NCBI GenBank assembly: GCA_029265905.1
Contig: JAJUGR010000005.1
Span: 2,553 to 66,552, forward strand
Direction: 5' to 3'
Length of the DNA: 64,000 nt
Origin: Sporomusaceae bacterium
Lineage (GTDB): Bacteria > Bacillota > Negativicutes > Acidaminococcales > JAJUGR01
The translations under genes were made by a program, and so were the position numbers. Numbering within the stretch: position 1 is the first letter of the stretch; each line of letters starts with the position of its first letter. The notes beneath the pieces are model-generated. The model was not told the origin of the DNA, did not search any database, and saw nothing but the letters and a program-made list of their open reading frames with translations. Positions 7,627 to 16,505 of this stretch are shown one piece after another.

Positions 7627-8559
7627 TTAATCAAGCTTATTGCTGGAACCAAGCACGTTGCGGATTTTGTGTTGGACCATGTTTTTAATGGCTTCACGGG
7701 CTGGCTTCAGGTACTGGCGCGGATCGAAGTCCCCGGGATGCTGCGCCAGGTGCTTGCGGATCGAGGCGGTCATCGCCAAACGCAGGTCAGTGTCGATATT
7801 GATTTTGCAGACGCCGGAAAGCGCGGCCTTGCGGAGCATGTCCTCAGGAACACCTTGCGCGCCATCAATTTTGCCGCCGAACTCATTGCAAAGCGCAACA
7901 AATTCAGGCAGAACAGTGGAAGCGCCATGCAAAACAAGCGGGAAGCCAGGCAACAGAGAGGAGATTTTATCCAACCGTTCGTAGTCGAGACGGGGCGTTC
8001 CTTTGAACTTATAGGCGCCGTGGCTCGTGCCAATGGCAATGGCCAAAGAATCAACGCCGGTTCTCTCAACAAACTCAACAGCCTGATCGGGATCGGTATA
8101 AATTGCGTCTTGTTCACTGACGCTCACCGCGTCCTCAATGCCGGCTAAGCGGCCCAATTCGGCCTCGACGACAACGCCGCGTTCGTGAGCGTATTCAACG
8201 ACGCGTTTGGTAATGGCGATGTTTTCTTCAAACGGCAATTTAGAGCCATCGAACATGACGGAGGAAAAACCGCCATCGATGCAGGATTTGCAGATTTCAA
8301 AGTCCTCGCCGTGGTCGAGATGAAGGCAAATGGGCAAATTGGAGTCTTCGAGCGCAGCCTCGACCAACTTAACCAGATAAATGTGTTTTGCGTATTTGCG
8401 CGCGCCAGCGGAAACTTGCAAAATAATGGGTGATTGTTCTTCCTTGGCCGCATCGACGATGCCTTGGATAATCTCCATGTTGTTGACATTGAAAGCGCCA
8501 ATGGCATATTTGCCGGCATAAGCTTTCTCGAACATTTCTTTGGACGTGACTAATGGCAT
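7627..8559 (-). CDS. fba: Class II fructose-1,6-bisphosphate aldolase
   Basis: 310 aa. MPLVTSKEMFEKAYAGKYAIGAFNVNNMEIIQGIV...HLDHG...GTSHGAYKF... are typical class IIB FBA motifs. RBS GGGAGG is upstream, along with an extended -10 TGgTATAAT. Confidence 0.95.
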   Translation of the reverse strand: MPLVTSKEMFEKAYAGKYAIGAFNVNNMEIIQGIVDAAKEEQSPIILQVSAGARKYAKHIYLVKLVEAALEDSNLPICLHLDHGEDFEICKSCIDGGFSSVMFDGSKLPFEENIAITKRVVEYAHERGVVVEAELGRLAGIEDAVSVSEQDAIYTDPDQAVEFVERTGVDSLAIAIGTSHGAYKFKGTPRLDYERLDKISSLLPGFPLVLHGASTVLPEFVALCNEFGGKIDGAQGVPEDMLRKAALSGVCKINIDTDLRLAMTASIRKHLAQHPGDFDPRQYLKPAREAIKNMVQHKIRNVLGSSNKLD

Positions 8560-8646
8560 GATTTTACCTCCCGAATCTTATTTTCATACAGGCCTATTAT
8601 ACCACACTAGCTTGAAAAATAGTGTACGCTGCTGGCGAAATTGCGC

Positions 8647-9498
8647 TTATTTAAGCAACGCCTGCCAGGCTGCCGAGAGGGGGCAGCGCAACCGCAGCCA
8701 CTCATGCGTATGCGGATGGCAAAAGCGCAGTTCCCAGGCATGAAGCGCCTGCCCCGGCAACGGAGGCGCTTTGGCGAAACCGTACAGATCATCACCTGTT
8801 AAAGGGAAGCCGCAGGCGGCGGCGTGGACACGAATTTGGTGCGTGCGTCCCGTATGCAGCTCAAAGCGGAGCAAGGAACGATCAGCACAGCGTTTCAGGA
8901 CACGAAAGCTGGAATGGGCTGTCTGCCCGGCGGCACTGACCACGCGCTCGATGATGCTGCCCGGCTTGCGGGCGATGGGCAGAAAGATCTCTCCCGCTTG
9001 CACGGGGGGGAGGCCGTCGACTAAAGCAAGATAACTTTTGTAAAGAGGATGGGTCTGCAGATAATGGTGATCGCGGGGATTTTTGGCGAACAACAGCAGG
9101 CCGGAGGTGTTGCGGTCGAGCCGGGTAACGGGGTGAACGCTGGCAGCCGGACTTTGTTGTTGGCAATAAAAGAGCGCGTAGTTAACCAGGGACGGCTCCG
9201 GACCAGTCGACAAAGGGTGGGTGATTAGACCAGCCGGCTTGTTGACGGCCAACAAAAAATCGTCTTCAAAAACAATCTCGATTTTACCTTGTATTGGCGG
9301 CAGCGAACTGGTTGGCAGCGTGATGGTGATTTCGTCGTTTGCGGCGAGAAAGTCGCCTAAGCTGGCAGGCATGCCGTTACGCAGGATGGCTCCTTCTCGC
9401 TTTATGCGCCGTCGGAGCGTGAGCGAAAAATGGCGTTGGCGCAAAAAGGCGCTGAGCGTGGTGGGGCGCTCTAGCGCCGGAATAGAGAAATGCCACAT
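8647..9498 (-). CDS. RluA-family pseudouridine synthase
   Basis: 283 aa with an S4-like N-terminus, the catalytic motif HPVTRLDRNTSGLLLFAKN, and HTGRTHQIRVH. Confidence 0.85.
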   Translation of the reverse strand: MWHFSIPALERPTTLSAFLRQRHFSLTLRRRIKREGAILRNGMPASLGDFLAANDEITITLPTSSLPPIQGKIEIVFEDDFLLAVNKPAGLITHPLSTGPEPSLVNYALFYCQQQSPAASVHPVTRLDRNTSGLLLFAKNPRDHHYLQTHPLYKSYLALVDGLPPVQAGEIFLPIARKPGSIIERVVSAAGQTAHSSFRVLKRCADRSLLRFELHTGRTHQIRVHAAACGFPLTGDDLYGFAKAPPLPGQALHAWELRFCHPHTHEWLRLRCPLSAAWQALLK

Positions 9499-9637
9499 CG
9501 TGCAAGGCCTCCCGGATTAATTAATACCTTTATCATAACAGCTGCTTCACAAAAAAGAAAATTTAATTGCGTGTGGATAGGATTTTAGCAACTTATCGCG
9601 AATATATCAAGATTCGAAAAGTGTAGGTGGTGAGTGA

Positions 9638-9898
9638 ATGGATTGGGGTGCGGCGAATAGAACCGCTGTGCTTGCCGGTTTCATTGTTTGGTGGACATTG
9701 GCGCCACGAATGAATCGCGCAGGGGCGTTCGACCGACTGTTGGCGTATTTGACCGCCATGATGGTCCTGTTGATTGCAACAGCTGAATTGATCATGGTTA
9801 AGCCGTTGCCTTTTTACTTCATGGTTGGCGGCGGTTTGGCTTTTTTTTATCAATTCAGCCGGATCGTTATTCGGATTGCCAGACGCGGAGGAGAATAG
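9638..9898 (+). CDS. Small hypothetical membrane protein (about 3 TM helices)
   Basis: 86 aa and hydrophobic. RBS AGGTGGTGA lies 7 nt before the ATG, and a strong terminator follows immediately. I do not recognise a family. Confidence 0.4.
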   Translation: MDWGAANRTAVLAGFIVWWTLAPRMNRAGAFDRLLAYLTAMMVLLIATAELIMVKPLPFYFMVGGGLAFFYQFSRIVIRIARRGGE

Positions 9899-9901
9899 CA
9901 C

Positions 9902-9937
9902 AAAAAACACGCCCGCAACCATGCAGGCGTGTTTTTT
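9902..9937. terminator. Bidirectional intrinsic terminator (small membrane ORF / uracil permease)
   Basis: aaaaaacacgcc (9902-9913) and ggcgtgtttttt (9926-9937) form a GC-rich stem flanked by an A-run and a T-run. Confidence 0.75.
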
Positions 9938-9948
9938 GTGCCCAATGC

Positions 9949-11205
9949 TTATTTTACCCGGTCGTTGGTGAGGCCGAATTTGTCTAGCAGCGTGAAGGTC
10001 AGACTCATCAAGATTGCGACAATTGTGGCCAGCGCCATGCCTTGCAGGCTGATCGAGCCGATGTCGATCTTTGCCCGGCTGATGCCGACAATCAGAATGA
10101 CGGAGGTAAGGATCAGGTTGCGGGATTTGCTGTAATCGACTTTCGCTTCGACCAGCATGCGGATGCCGGAAGCCGCAATAACGCCGAACAGCAGGATGCA
10201 CACGCCGCCCATAACCGGAACCGGGATGGTGCGGATCGCTTCCGTCAGTTTGCCGACGAAGGACAAAATGATGGCAAGCGTTGCGGCGCCGCCGATGACC
10301 CAAACGCTATAAACGCGGGTAATGGCCATTACGCCGATATTTTCGCCGTAAGTCGTGTTCGGTGTCGCGCCGAAAAAGCCGGAAATGACGTTTGACAGGC
10401 CGTCGGCAAAAAGAGAGCGGCCGAGGCCAGGCTCTTTGACCAAATCGCGTTCCACGATGTTCCCGGTCACGACAAGGTGGCCGATGTGCTCGGCCAAAAC
10501 GACCAATGCGGCCGGGGCAATAATCATGATCGCATTCAGGTTAAAGGCGGGAGAGTATAAGGTTGGGGCCTGAAACCAAGCGGCGCGCGCTACCGGGGTT
10601 AAATCAACGATGCCCAGGAAGAAAGACAGGACGTAACCGGAGATAACGCCAATCAAAACAGGGATGATGGACATAAAGCCGCGGAAGGCAATTGAGCCGA
10701 TTACCGTAACGGCCAGGGTAAAGAGGGAGACAATGACGGCCGATTGGTTGATTTTGTCGCCTGTCAGTCCGGCCATGTCAGCGGCCACAGGTGCAAGCTC
10801 CAGGCCGATAACGGCGACGATTGCGCCCATGGCGGCCGGGGGGAAAATGACGTTGATCCAGCTGATCCCGACCAGGCGGATAATCAGCGCAAACAAGCAA
10901 AAAAGCAGGCCGAAGACGATGAATCCGCCTTGCGCGGCTGCATAACCGAATTGGGGTATGATGACAAGAACCGGCGAGATAAAGGCAAAGCTTGAACCGA
11001 GGTAGGAAGGAATCTTACCTTTCGTGAGAAGCAGATAAAGCAATGTGCCGATGCCATTCAGCAGCAGGCAGGTGGCCGGATTGACCTTGAACAAAAAGGG
11101 CACGAGAACAGTGGCGCCGAACATGGCGAACAAGTGCTGCAGGCTTAACGGTATGGCTTGCAGCAGGGGCGGGCGCTCTTCAACTTGGATAATTCGTCTT
11201 TGCAT
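9949..11205 (-). CDS. pyrP: Uracil permease (NCS2 family)
   Basis: 418 aa. The N-terminus ...LLQAIPLSLQHLFAMFGATVLVPFLF and the multi-TM layout are typical of UraA/PyrP. A PyrR-type attenuator precedes the gene. Confidence 0.85.
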   Translation of the reverse strand: MQRRIIQVEERPPLLQAIPLSLQHLFAMFGATVLVPFLFKVNPATCLLLNGIGTLLYLLLTKGKIPSYLGSSFAFISPVLVIIPQFGYAAAQGGFIVFGLLFCLFALIIRLVGISWINVIFPPAAMGAIVAVIGLELAPVAADMAGLTGDKINQSAVIVSLFTLAVTVIGSIAFRGFMSIIPVLIGVISGYVLSFFLGIVDLTPVARAAWFQAPTLYSPAFNLNAIMIIAPAALVVLAEHIGHLVVTGNIVERDLVKEPGLGRSLFADGLSNVISGFFGATPNTTYGENIGVMAITRVYSVWVIGGAATLAIILSFVGKLTEAIRTIPVPVMGGVCILLFGVIAASGIRMLVEAKVDYSKSRNLILTSVILIVGISRAKIDIGSISLQGMALATIVAILMSLTFTLLDKFGLTNDRVK

Positions 11206-11231
11206 AATGCGACAACCTCCTTTTTCATGGG

Positions 11232-11330
11232 CAAAACAAAACCCTTGCCCGGTGGCAAGGGTATAACGGCGACAAATCGCGTTGCGCGTATAGTGACCTT
11301 GTTAGCCTCTCGGGACTAAGTTAAAGGTAA
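11232..11330 (-). promoter_or_regulatory. PyrR-binding transcription attenuator (anti-antiterminator loop plus terminator)
   Basis: The minus strand reads ACCUUUAACUUAGUCCCGAGAGGCUAACAAGGU, matching the PyrR binding-loop consensus (UUUAA...GUCC.GAGAGGCU). The terminator ACCCUUGCCACCGGGCAAGGGU plus UUUUGUUUUG follows, then GGAGG and the ATG. Confidence 0.75.
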
Positions 11331-11553
11331 TTTTTTATTTACTATATCACTGTTCCATCGCTTTGTCTACACATGCGCGACAGTCCGTCTCAAGAAAATA
11401 GGAAAATAAATTCGCAAGCGGAGCAGCGAACGCAGAGCAATGAATTTCCCCCTTGCCAGGGCAACAATCTTTTAATAAAAAAAGGATTTTGGGCGGGCGA
11501 TAAGGAATAACTAACTTTATCCAAGCGTGAGAAGCTACAGGGGAGTGATATGG

Positions 11554-11949
11554 ATGAAAATGGCGGATTTAACCCAAAGCGCGGACTGGAAATCGGAAAA
11601 ACATGTCCCAGTCATCGAGGCGCCGGACAAAGTGAGGGCTGGCGAACTGTTTACGGTTAAGGCCTGCGTTGGACTCGAAATTCCACACCCGAACACAACA
11701 GAGCATCATATCCGTTGGATAAAGCTATACTTTAAACCTGAAACTGGAAAATTCGCCCATGATTTGGGACAAGTCGAATTTTCCGCACACGGGGAGTCAA
11801 TCGAAGGGGCGAACAAAGGCCCTTTGTTTACAGAGCCTTTTGCCAGCTTCAGCGCCAAATTGACGGCGTCAGGCACCTTGGTCGCCGTGGCATATTGCAA
11901 CATTCATGGCTTGTGGGAAAGTGCGAAACCGATTGTGGCCGAGGCGTAA
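11554..11949 (+). CDS. Superoxide reductase, 1Fe (neelaredoxin) type
   Basis: 131 aa from the ATG at 11554, behind AGGGGAG. ADWKSEKHVPVIE, PHPNTTEHHIRWI and YCNIHGLWES supply the His4Cys centre-II ligand pattern. There is no N-terminal desulforedoxin domain. Confidence 0.8.
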   Translation: MKMADLTQSADWKSEKHVPVIEAPDKVRAGELFTVKACVGLEIPHPNTTEHHIRWIKLYFKPETGKFAHDLGQVEFSAHGESIEGANKGPLFTEPFASFSAKLTASGTLVAVAYCNIHGLWESAKPIVAEA

Positions 11950-11963
11950 ATTTGATTTCCCAA

Positions 11964-11997
11964 CAAAGTCCTTCATAAGAAGGACTTTGTTTTTTTG
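11964..11997 (+). terminator. Intrinsic terminator after the superoxide reductase gene
   Basis: Perfect 11-bp stem caaagtccttc/gaaggactttg with an ATAA loop, followed by T8. Confidence 0.9.
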
Positions 11998-12040
11998 TAG
12001 AGAATATAATTGTGTTGCCCTAAATATGAGGAGGGATAGC

Positions 12041-13267
12041 ATGGCGTTAATTGTCAAGAAATTTGGCGGCAGTTCTGTTGCCACACCGGAAAAGATAAAG
12101 CAAGTGGCAAAAAGGGTTCTGCGGGACAAACAGGCCGGCGACCAGGTCGTGGTTGTCGTTTCGGCGATGGGCGATACTACTGACGACCTGCTGGCGTTAG
12201 TGGAGCAGATAACAACCGCCATGCCGCTCCGAGAAATGGACATGCTGCTGGCAACCGGCGAGCAGGTCACGATCGCTTTGCTGGCCGCGGCGTTTGCGGA
12301 GCTTGGACAAGCGGCGCAATCTTTCACCGGCGCGCAAGCAGGAATCTGCACCAACAAGAATCACACCAAGGCGCGCATCTTGTCGGTCGACCCGACGCGG
12401 GTGAGAGACGCTCTTTCTGAAGGGAAGATTGCGGTTGTGGCCGGATTCCAGGGCATAACGGCAGAGGGCGAGATAACGACGCTCGGACGAGGCGGATCTG
12501 ATACTACGGCTGTCGCCTTAGCCGGCGCGATGAAAGCGGACGTTTGCGAAATTTTTACCGACGTGAAAGGAATTTACTCCGCCGATCCGCGCATAGTTCC
12601 GGAGGCCAGGATGATGAAAGAGGTTACCTATTCGGAGATGCTTGAGATGGCACGCTTGGGAGCCGGGGTAATGCAGCCGCGGGCGGTTGAATTAGGTGAG
12701 CGCGGCGATGTGGTGATTCATGTCCGATCCACTTTTTGTGAGGAGTGCGGCACGATGATAAGGAGGGATTACACCATGCAGGAGAAGGAGTTTATCATTC
12801 GCGGCGTCGCGCATGATGCCAATGTGGCCAAGGTTGCTGTTTTGGGTGTGCCGGACCAGCCAGGAATTGCTTATAAAATTTTTTCGCGGATGGCCGACGC
12901 CAATATCGATGTTGACATGATCGTCCAGAGCGTTCGCAGCAGCGAACAGAACATCATCGATCTGGTGTTTACGGTCTCCAAGCCCGAATTATCGAGAACC
13001 GTCGCTCTAGTCGGGCAACTGAAAGACGAAATGGGCTTTTTGGGCGTGCAAGTGGATGAAAATGTGGCCAAGATATCCGTGGTCGGCGCCGGCATGTTGG
13101 GGAATCCCGGCATTGCCGCAACCATGTTTGGCGCGCTGGCTGAGGCCGGGATCAATATCGGCGTGATCAGCACCTCGGAAATCAGCATCTCGTGCCTGAT
13201 TCCAGCCGACCGGGTGAAAGAGGCGGCAAACGTGATACACAAGCGGTTTTTTGCGGAAGAAAAATAA
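12041..13267 (+). CDS. lysC: Aspartate kinase (monofunctional, with C-terminal ACT domains)
   Basis: MALIVKKFGGSSVATPEKIKQVAKRV...VVVVSAMGDTTDDLL. The ATG at 12041 sits behind GAGGAGGG. The track start at 11906 would overlap the SOR gene and its terminator. Confidence 0.9.
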   Translation: MALIVKKFGGSSVATPEKIKQVAKRVLRDKQAGDQVVVVVSAMGDTTDDLLALVEQITTAMPLREMDMLLATGEQVTIALLAAAFAELGQAAQSFTGAQAGICTNKNHTKARILSVDPTRVRDALSEGKIAVVAGFQGITAEGEITTLGRGGSDTTAVALAGAMKADVCEIFTDVKGIYSADPRIVPEARMMKEVTYSEMLEMARLGAGVMQPRAVELGERGDVVIHVRSTFCEECGTMIRRDYTMQEKEFIIRGVAHDANVAKVAVLGVPDQPGIAYKIFSRMADANIDVDMIVQSVRSSEQNIIDLVFTVSKPELSRTVALVGQLKDEMGFLGVQVDENVAKISVVGAGMLGNPGIAATMFGALAEAGINIGVISTSEISISCLIPADRVKEAANVIHKRFFAEEK

Positions 13268-13379
13268 AGTATTATGTATTTCGTTCATTTTGAGCAGGAA
13301 AATCCTGCGTCAAAGCGAATTAATTTTATTTGGCAGGGTGAACTCGAGTAACATTGGAAACAGAAAGGATGTTTAATGA

Positions 13380-14636
13380 ATGACGATGAGCATGGCGGCG
13401 CCTCACGCCAGAGGCAAATCTGCTGTTGACAAAATTTTCGGAGCTAATGCTGCGGCTGTTAAAGACGCAGCTGCGGTGGGCAAGGATAAAGTAGTGAATG
13501 CGACCATCGGCGCGATTTTGGATGACGAGGAAAAGCTGGTTTGCCTGCCCACGGTGGAAAAGGTGTTCCGCTCGTTGCCGACCAATGATATAGCGGCCTA
13601 CGCGCCGATCGCCGGGCTGCCGGAATACCTGGAATCGGTGCTCGATGCCGCGTTTGGCAAATCCCGGCCGGCCGGCTATATTGACGCTGTAGCGACGTCC
13701 GGCGGTTCGGGCGTACTGCATCACGTTATCTGGAACTATGCTTCCGAAGGGGATGTGGTGCTTACCTCCGACTGGTTTTGGGGCCCTTACCGCGTGCTTT
13801 GCGACGAAATGCACCGCAAATTGGATACGTTTGCGCTGTTTGATGACGCACGGCGCTTTAATGTTGTCGCTTGCGAAGCAAAAGTTCGTGAAGTGCTCGC
13901 CAAGCAAGACAGCGTTATTTTGATCATCAACTCGCCGGCGCACAACCCGACTGGCTACAGCCTGTCGGATAAAGAGTGGGACTGCGTCTTGCACATGCTG
14001 ACAGCAGTGACGAAGGAGACCGGCAAGAAGATTGTCTTGCTGGTCGACGTTGCCTATTTGGATTACGCAGGCCAAAAGGACGAATGCCGCGCTTTTCTGT
14101 CTAAACTGGGCGGATTGCCGGAATCAATTCTGTCCGTAGTCGCCTACAGCATGTCCAAAGGTTTTACCTTGTACGGGCAGCGCACAGGGGCGATGATCGG
14201 CGTATCCTCCAGTGCGGATGTGATTAAGGAATTTGCTGAAATCAACCAGTATTCCAGCCGGGCCACCTGGTCCAATATTTCCCGCGCCAGCATGAAGACG
14301 CTGGCGACGATTTATCGGGATCCAGCCTTGCTGTCAGCAGTGGAGAGCGAACGCGACTATTATTACCGGATGATTAAGGCGCGGGCGGAACTCTTCACGA
14401 AAGAAGCGGCGGAAGTTGGGTTGACGATGCTGCCGTATGTTGCGGGCTTCTTCCTTTCCATTCCCGCAACGAAGCCCGATGCTGTCTGCGAGAAGCTGCA
14501 TGAGGACCATATTTTCGCCGTTCCGCTGGCAAAAGGAATCCGGGTGGCTGTTTGTGCTGTTCCCCTGGAAAAAATGAAGGGAATTGCCGCGAAAATCAAA
14601 GCGGCGATGGATGCAGTCGGCAGCCAAGCCCAATAA
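13380..14636 (+). CDS. Class I/II pyridoxal-phosphate aminotransferase (aspartate/aromatic type)
   Basis: 418 aa. NATIGAILDDE..., SPAHNPTGYSL, and YSMSKGFTLYGQRTG (the PLP-Lys region), as in AspC/TyrB-like enzymes. Confidence 0.8.
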   Translation: MTMSMAAPHARGKSAVDKIFGANAAAVKDAAAVGKDKVVNATIGAILDDEEKLVCLPTVEKVFRSLPTNDIAAYAPIAGLPEYLESVLDAAFGKSRPAGYIDAVATSGGSGVLHHVIWNYASEGDVVLTSDWFWGPYRVLCDEMHRKLDTFALFDDARRFNVVACEAKVREVLAKQDSVILIINSPAHNPTGYSLSDKEWDCVLHMLTAVTKETGKKIVLLVDVAYLDYAGQKDECRAFLSKLGGLPESILSVVAYSMSKGFTLYGQRTGAMIGVSSSADVIKEFAEINQYSSRATWSNISRASMKTLATIYRDPALLSAVESERDYYYRMIKARAELFTKEAAEVGLTMLPYVAGFFLSIPATKPDAVCEKLHEDHIFAVPLAKGIRVAVCAVPLEKMKGIAAKIKAAMDAVGSQAQ

Positions 14637-14800
14637 AGCAACGTCTGAGCAGCCCGTCGGATTGTCGTTTGTCGGCAGTGCGGCGGGCTTGTTGCATTTT
14701 TCGCCAACCGCTTGGCGAGGAAAGGGGGCTTTATTACGGTGTTGGCGCGCATGTCGTTGGGTGGTATAGTTAAGGTAGCAACCGCAAGGAGGGCTAGGAT

Positions 14801-16465
14801 ATGACAGGACGCGCGAACATCATCGTCCTACATAATAACGGGGGGCAGGTCGAGCTGTCGGGGCCGCTTACAGTGGGGGCGGCGCTTAATCAGGCTGGTT
14901 TGGACGACGGGGTGTTTATTGCCGCAACCGTTAATAACGAGGAGCGGGATTTATCCACGCTGCTGGAATGCGAGGGCAGCTTTGAAGTCAGAGGGGTCGC
15001 GACCGCGTCCGCAAAGGGGATGAAGGTGTATGCCCGCAGTCTGCTATTAGTCTTGCTGGCGGCTTTGGCCGAGCGCGATATCGAGCCGGAGCGGCTTATT
15101 GTCAAAAATCCGCTTGATTATGCCATTTACTGTCGGCTCGAAGGGGCGAATGCCGATGAGGTGAAGGCGATTGAGCAGCAAATGCGCAAGATCGTCCAGG
15201 CGGCTTGGCCAATTAGGCGAGAAGTGATCAAACGGGAAAAAGCGATGGTGCTGTTTGAAGGGCAAGGGCTGGTGGAGCGACTGCCCTTGCTGGAGCAGCT
15301 CGAACGGGAGACGGTCGTTGTTTATCACTGCGGGCAGGCCACCGATTATCTGTTTGGCGTGATGGCGCCGAATGCCGGCTATTTGAAGCATTTTGCGGTT
15401 GAGCCGCATCAAGATGGCCTTTTAATCCGCTATCCGAGTGCGGACAACTTATCGGTGCTGCCGCATTATGTAGAACAGCCGGGTTTAGGCAAGATTTTCC
15501 GTGAGGCCGATGAATGGGGGAAAATTACCGGCTGCGCTTCCATTGCCCGGTTAAACAGGCTGATAGACAATGGGGATGTCCACGAACTGGTGCGCGTGGC
15601 TGAGGCGCTCCATGAAAAAAAGCTCGCGCAGACAGCAGATTTCATTACCAATCACCGGGAGGCGGCGCGCGTCATTTTGATTGCGGGGCCGTCTTCGTCA
15701 GGAAAAACAACTTTTGCCCAACGGCTGAGCGTGCAGCTTCAGGTCAATGGCGTGAAGCCGGTGCCCATATCGCTAGACGATTATTTTCTTGACCGCAGCC
15801 AAACGCCGCGCAAGGAAGACGGCGGTTACGATTTTGAGTCAATTGACGCGCTGGACCTGGAGTTGCTCAACGAACATTTGGAACTGCTTTTGTCCGGCGA
15901 TGCGGTGAAAATGCCGCGCTATAATTTCATGACCGGACAGCGCGAGTACAGGGGCCATACAATCTGCCTCAGAGATGACCAGCCGATTATGCTCGAAGGG
16001 ATTCATGGCTTGAATGACCGCCTGACCGTAGGCGTGCCGGCGTGGAAGAAAATCAAGATATATATCAGCGCGCTGACGCAAATAACGTTGGATGAGCATA
16101 ACCGCATTCCCACGACGGATGTGCGGCTGTTGCGCAGGATTGTTCGCGACAGCCAGTTTCGCGCGCAGGACGCCTTGAAGACGCTGCGCATGTGGCCGGA
16201 TGTGCGGGCAGGGGAGGAACGCAACATTTTCCCGTTCCAGGAGTCAGCCGATGTCATGTTCAACACGGCGCTGATTTACGAACTGGCGGTACTGAAAAAA
16301 TATGCCGTGCCGTTGCTGGCAGCGATCCGCCGGGAAGAGCCCGAGTTTGACGAGGCGCACCGGTTGCTCAACTTTCTGCATCACATCCGCTCCATGCCGG
16401 ATGAAGCAATTCCGCCCAATTCAATTTTGCGGGAATTTATCGGCAACTCATGGTTTGCACAATAA
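14801..16465 (+). CDS. TGS/ThrRS-N-like domain fused to a uridine kinase/phosphoribulokinase-family P-loop domain (nucleoside-kinase-like, function unclear)
   Basis: 554 aa. The N-terminus resembles a TGS domain (IIVLHNNGGQVEL...ATVNNEERDLST). The C-terminal half carries Walker A GPSSSGKTTFAQRL and a udk-like ISLDDYF...MLEGIHGLN segment. Confidence 0.7.
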   Translation: MTGRANIIVLHNNGGQVELSGPLTVGAALNQAGLDDGVFIAATVNNEERDLSTLLECEGSFEVRGVATASAKGMKVYARSLLLVLLAALAERDIEPERLIVKNPLDYAIYCRLEGANADEVKAIEQQMRKIVQAAWPIRREVIKREKAMVLFEGQGLVERLPLLEQLERETVVVYHCGQATDYLFGVMAPNAGYLKHFAVEPHQDGLLIRYPSADNLSVLPHYVEQPGLGKIFREADEWGKITGCASIARLNRLIDNGDVHELVRVAEALHEKKLAQTADFITNHREAARVILIAGPSSSGKTTFAQRLSVQLQVNGVKPVPISLDDYFLDRSQTPRKEDGGYDFESIDALDLELLNEHLELLLSGDAVKMPRYNFMTGQREYRGHTICLRDDQPIMLEGIHGLNDRLTVGVPAWKKIKIYISALTQITLDEHNRIPTTDVRLLRRIVRDSQFRAQDALKTLRMWPDVRAGEERNIFPFQESADVMFNTALIYELAVLKKYAVPLLAAIRREEPEFDEAHRLLNFLHHIRSMPDEAIPPNSILREFIGNSWFAQ

Positions 16466-16503
16466 ACAAGGCGCGCTGATTGCAGTCAGCGCGCCTTGTT
16501 TAT
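16464..16503. terminator. Bidirectional intrinsic terminator between convergent genes
   Basis: aaacaaggcgcgctga/tcagcgcgccttgttt forms a 16-bp stem with a 6-nt loop. Confidence 0.85.
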
Positions 16504-16505
16504 TA

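Noticed and set aside
9593-10303. 236-aa minus-strand ORF overlapping the 3' part of the uracil permease gene in another frame.
   Set aside because: The translation is His/Arg/Pro-rich nonsense. The permease frame gives a coherent NCS2 transporter across the same region.
11906-12040. Long N-terminal extension of aspartokinase (track start 11906).
   Set aside because: The extension would overlap the end of the SOR gene and run through its perfect 11-bp terminator. The canonical MALIVKKFGGSS start at 12041 has a strong GAGGAGGG RBS.
11950-12040. Possible lysine (L-box) riboswitch upstream of aspartokinase, as in B. subtilis lysC.
   Set aside because: Only about 90 nt are available, and most of it is the SOR terminator. 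There is no room for an approximately 180-nt L-box, and none of its conserved blocks are seen.
13326-14075. 249-aa minus-strand ORF antisense to the aminotransferase gene. Similar long antisense ORFs are 16656..17759 (+), 25796..26539 (-), 41383..42453 (-), 55441..56499 (-), 46302..47012 (-), 49862..50674 (-) and 52407..53069 (-).
   Set aside because: Each lies entirely inside a gene with clear family motifs on the other strand. Their translations are Arg/Gly/Ala/His-rich, low-complexity and lack any recognisable motif or RBS. These are typical shadow ORFs of GC-rich coding DNA.
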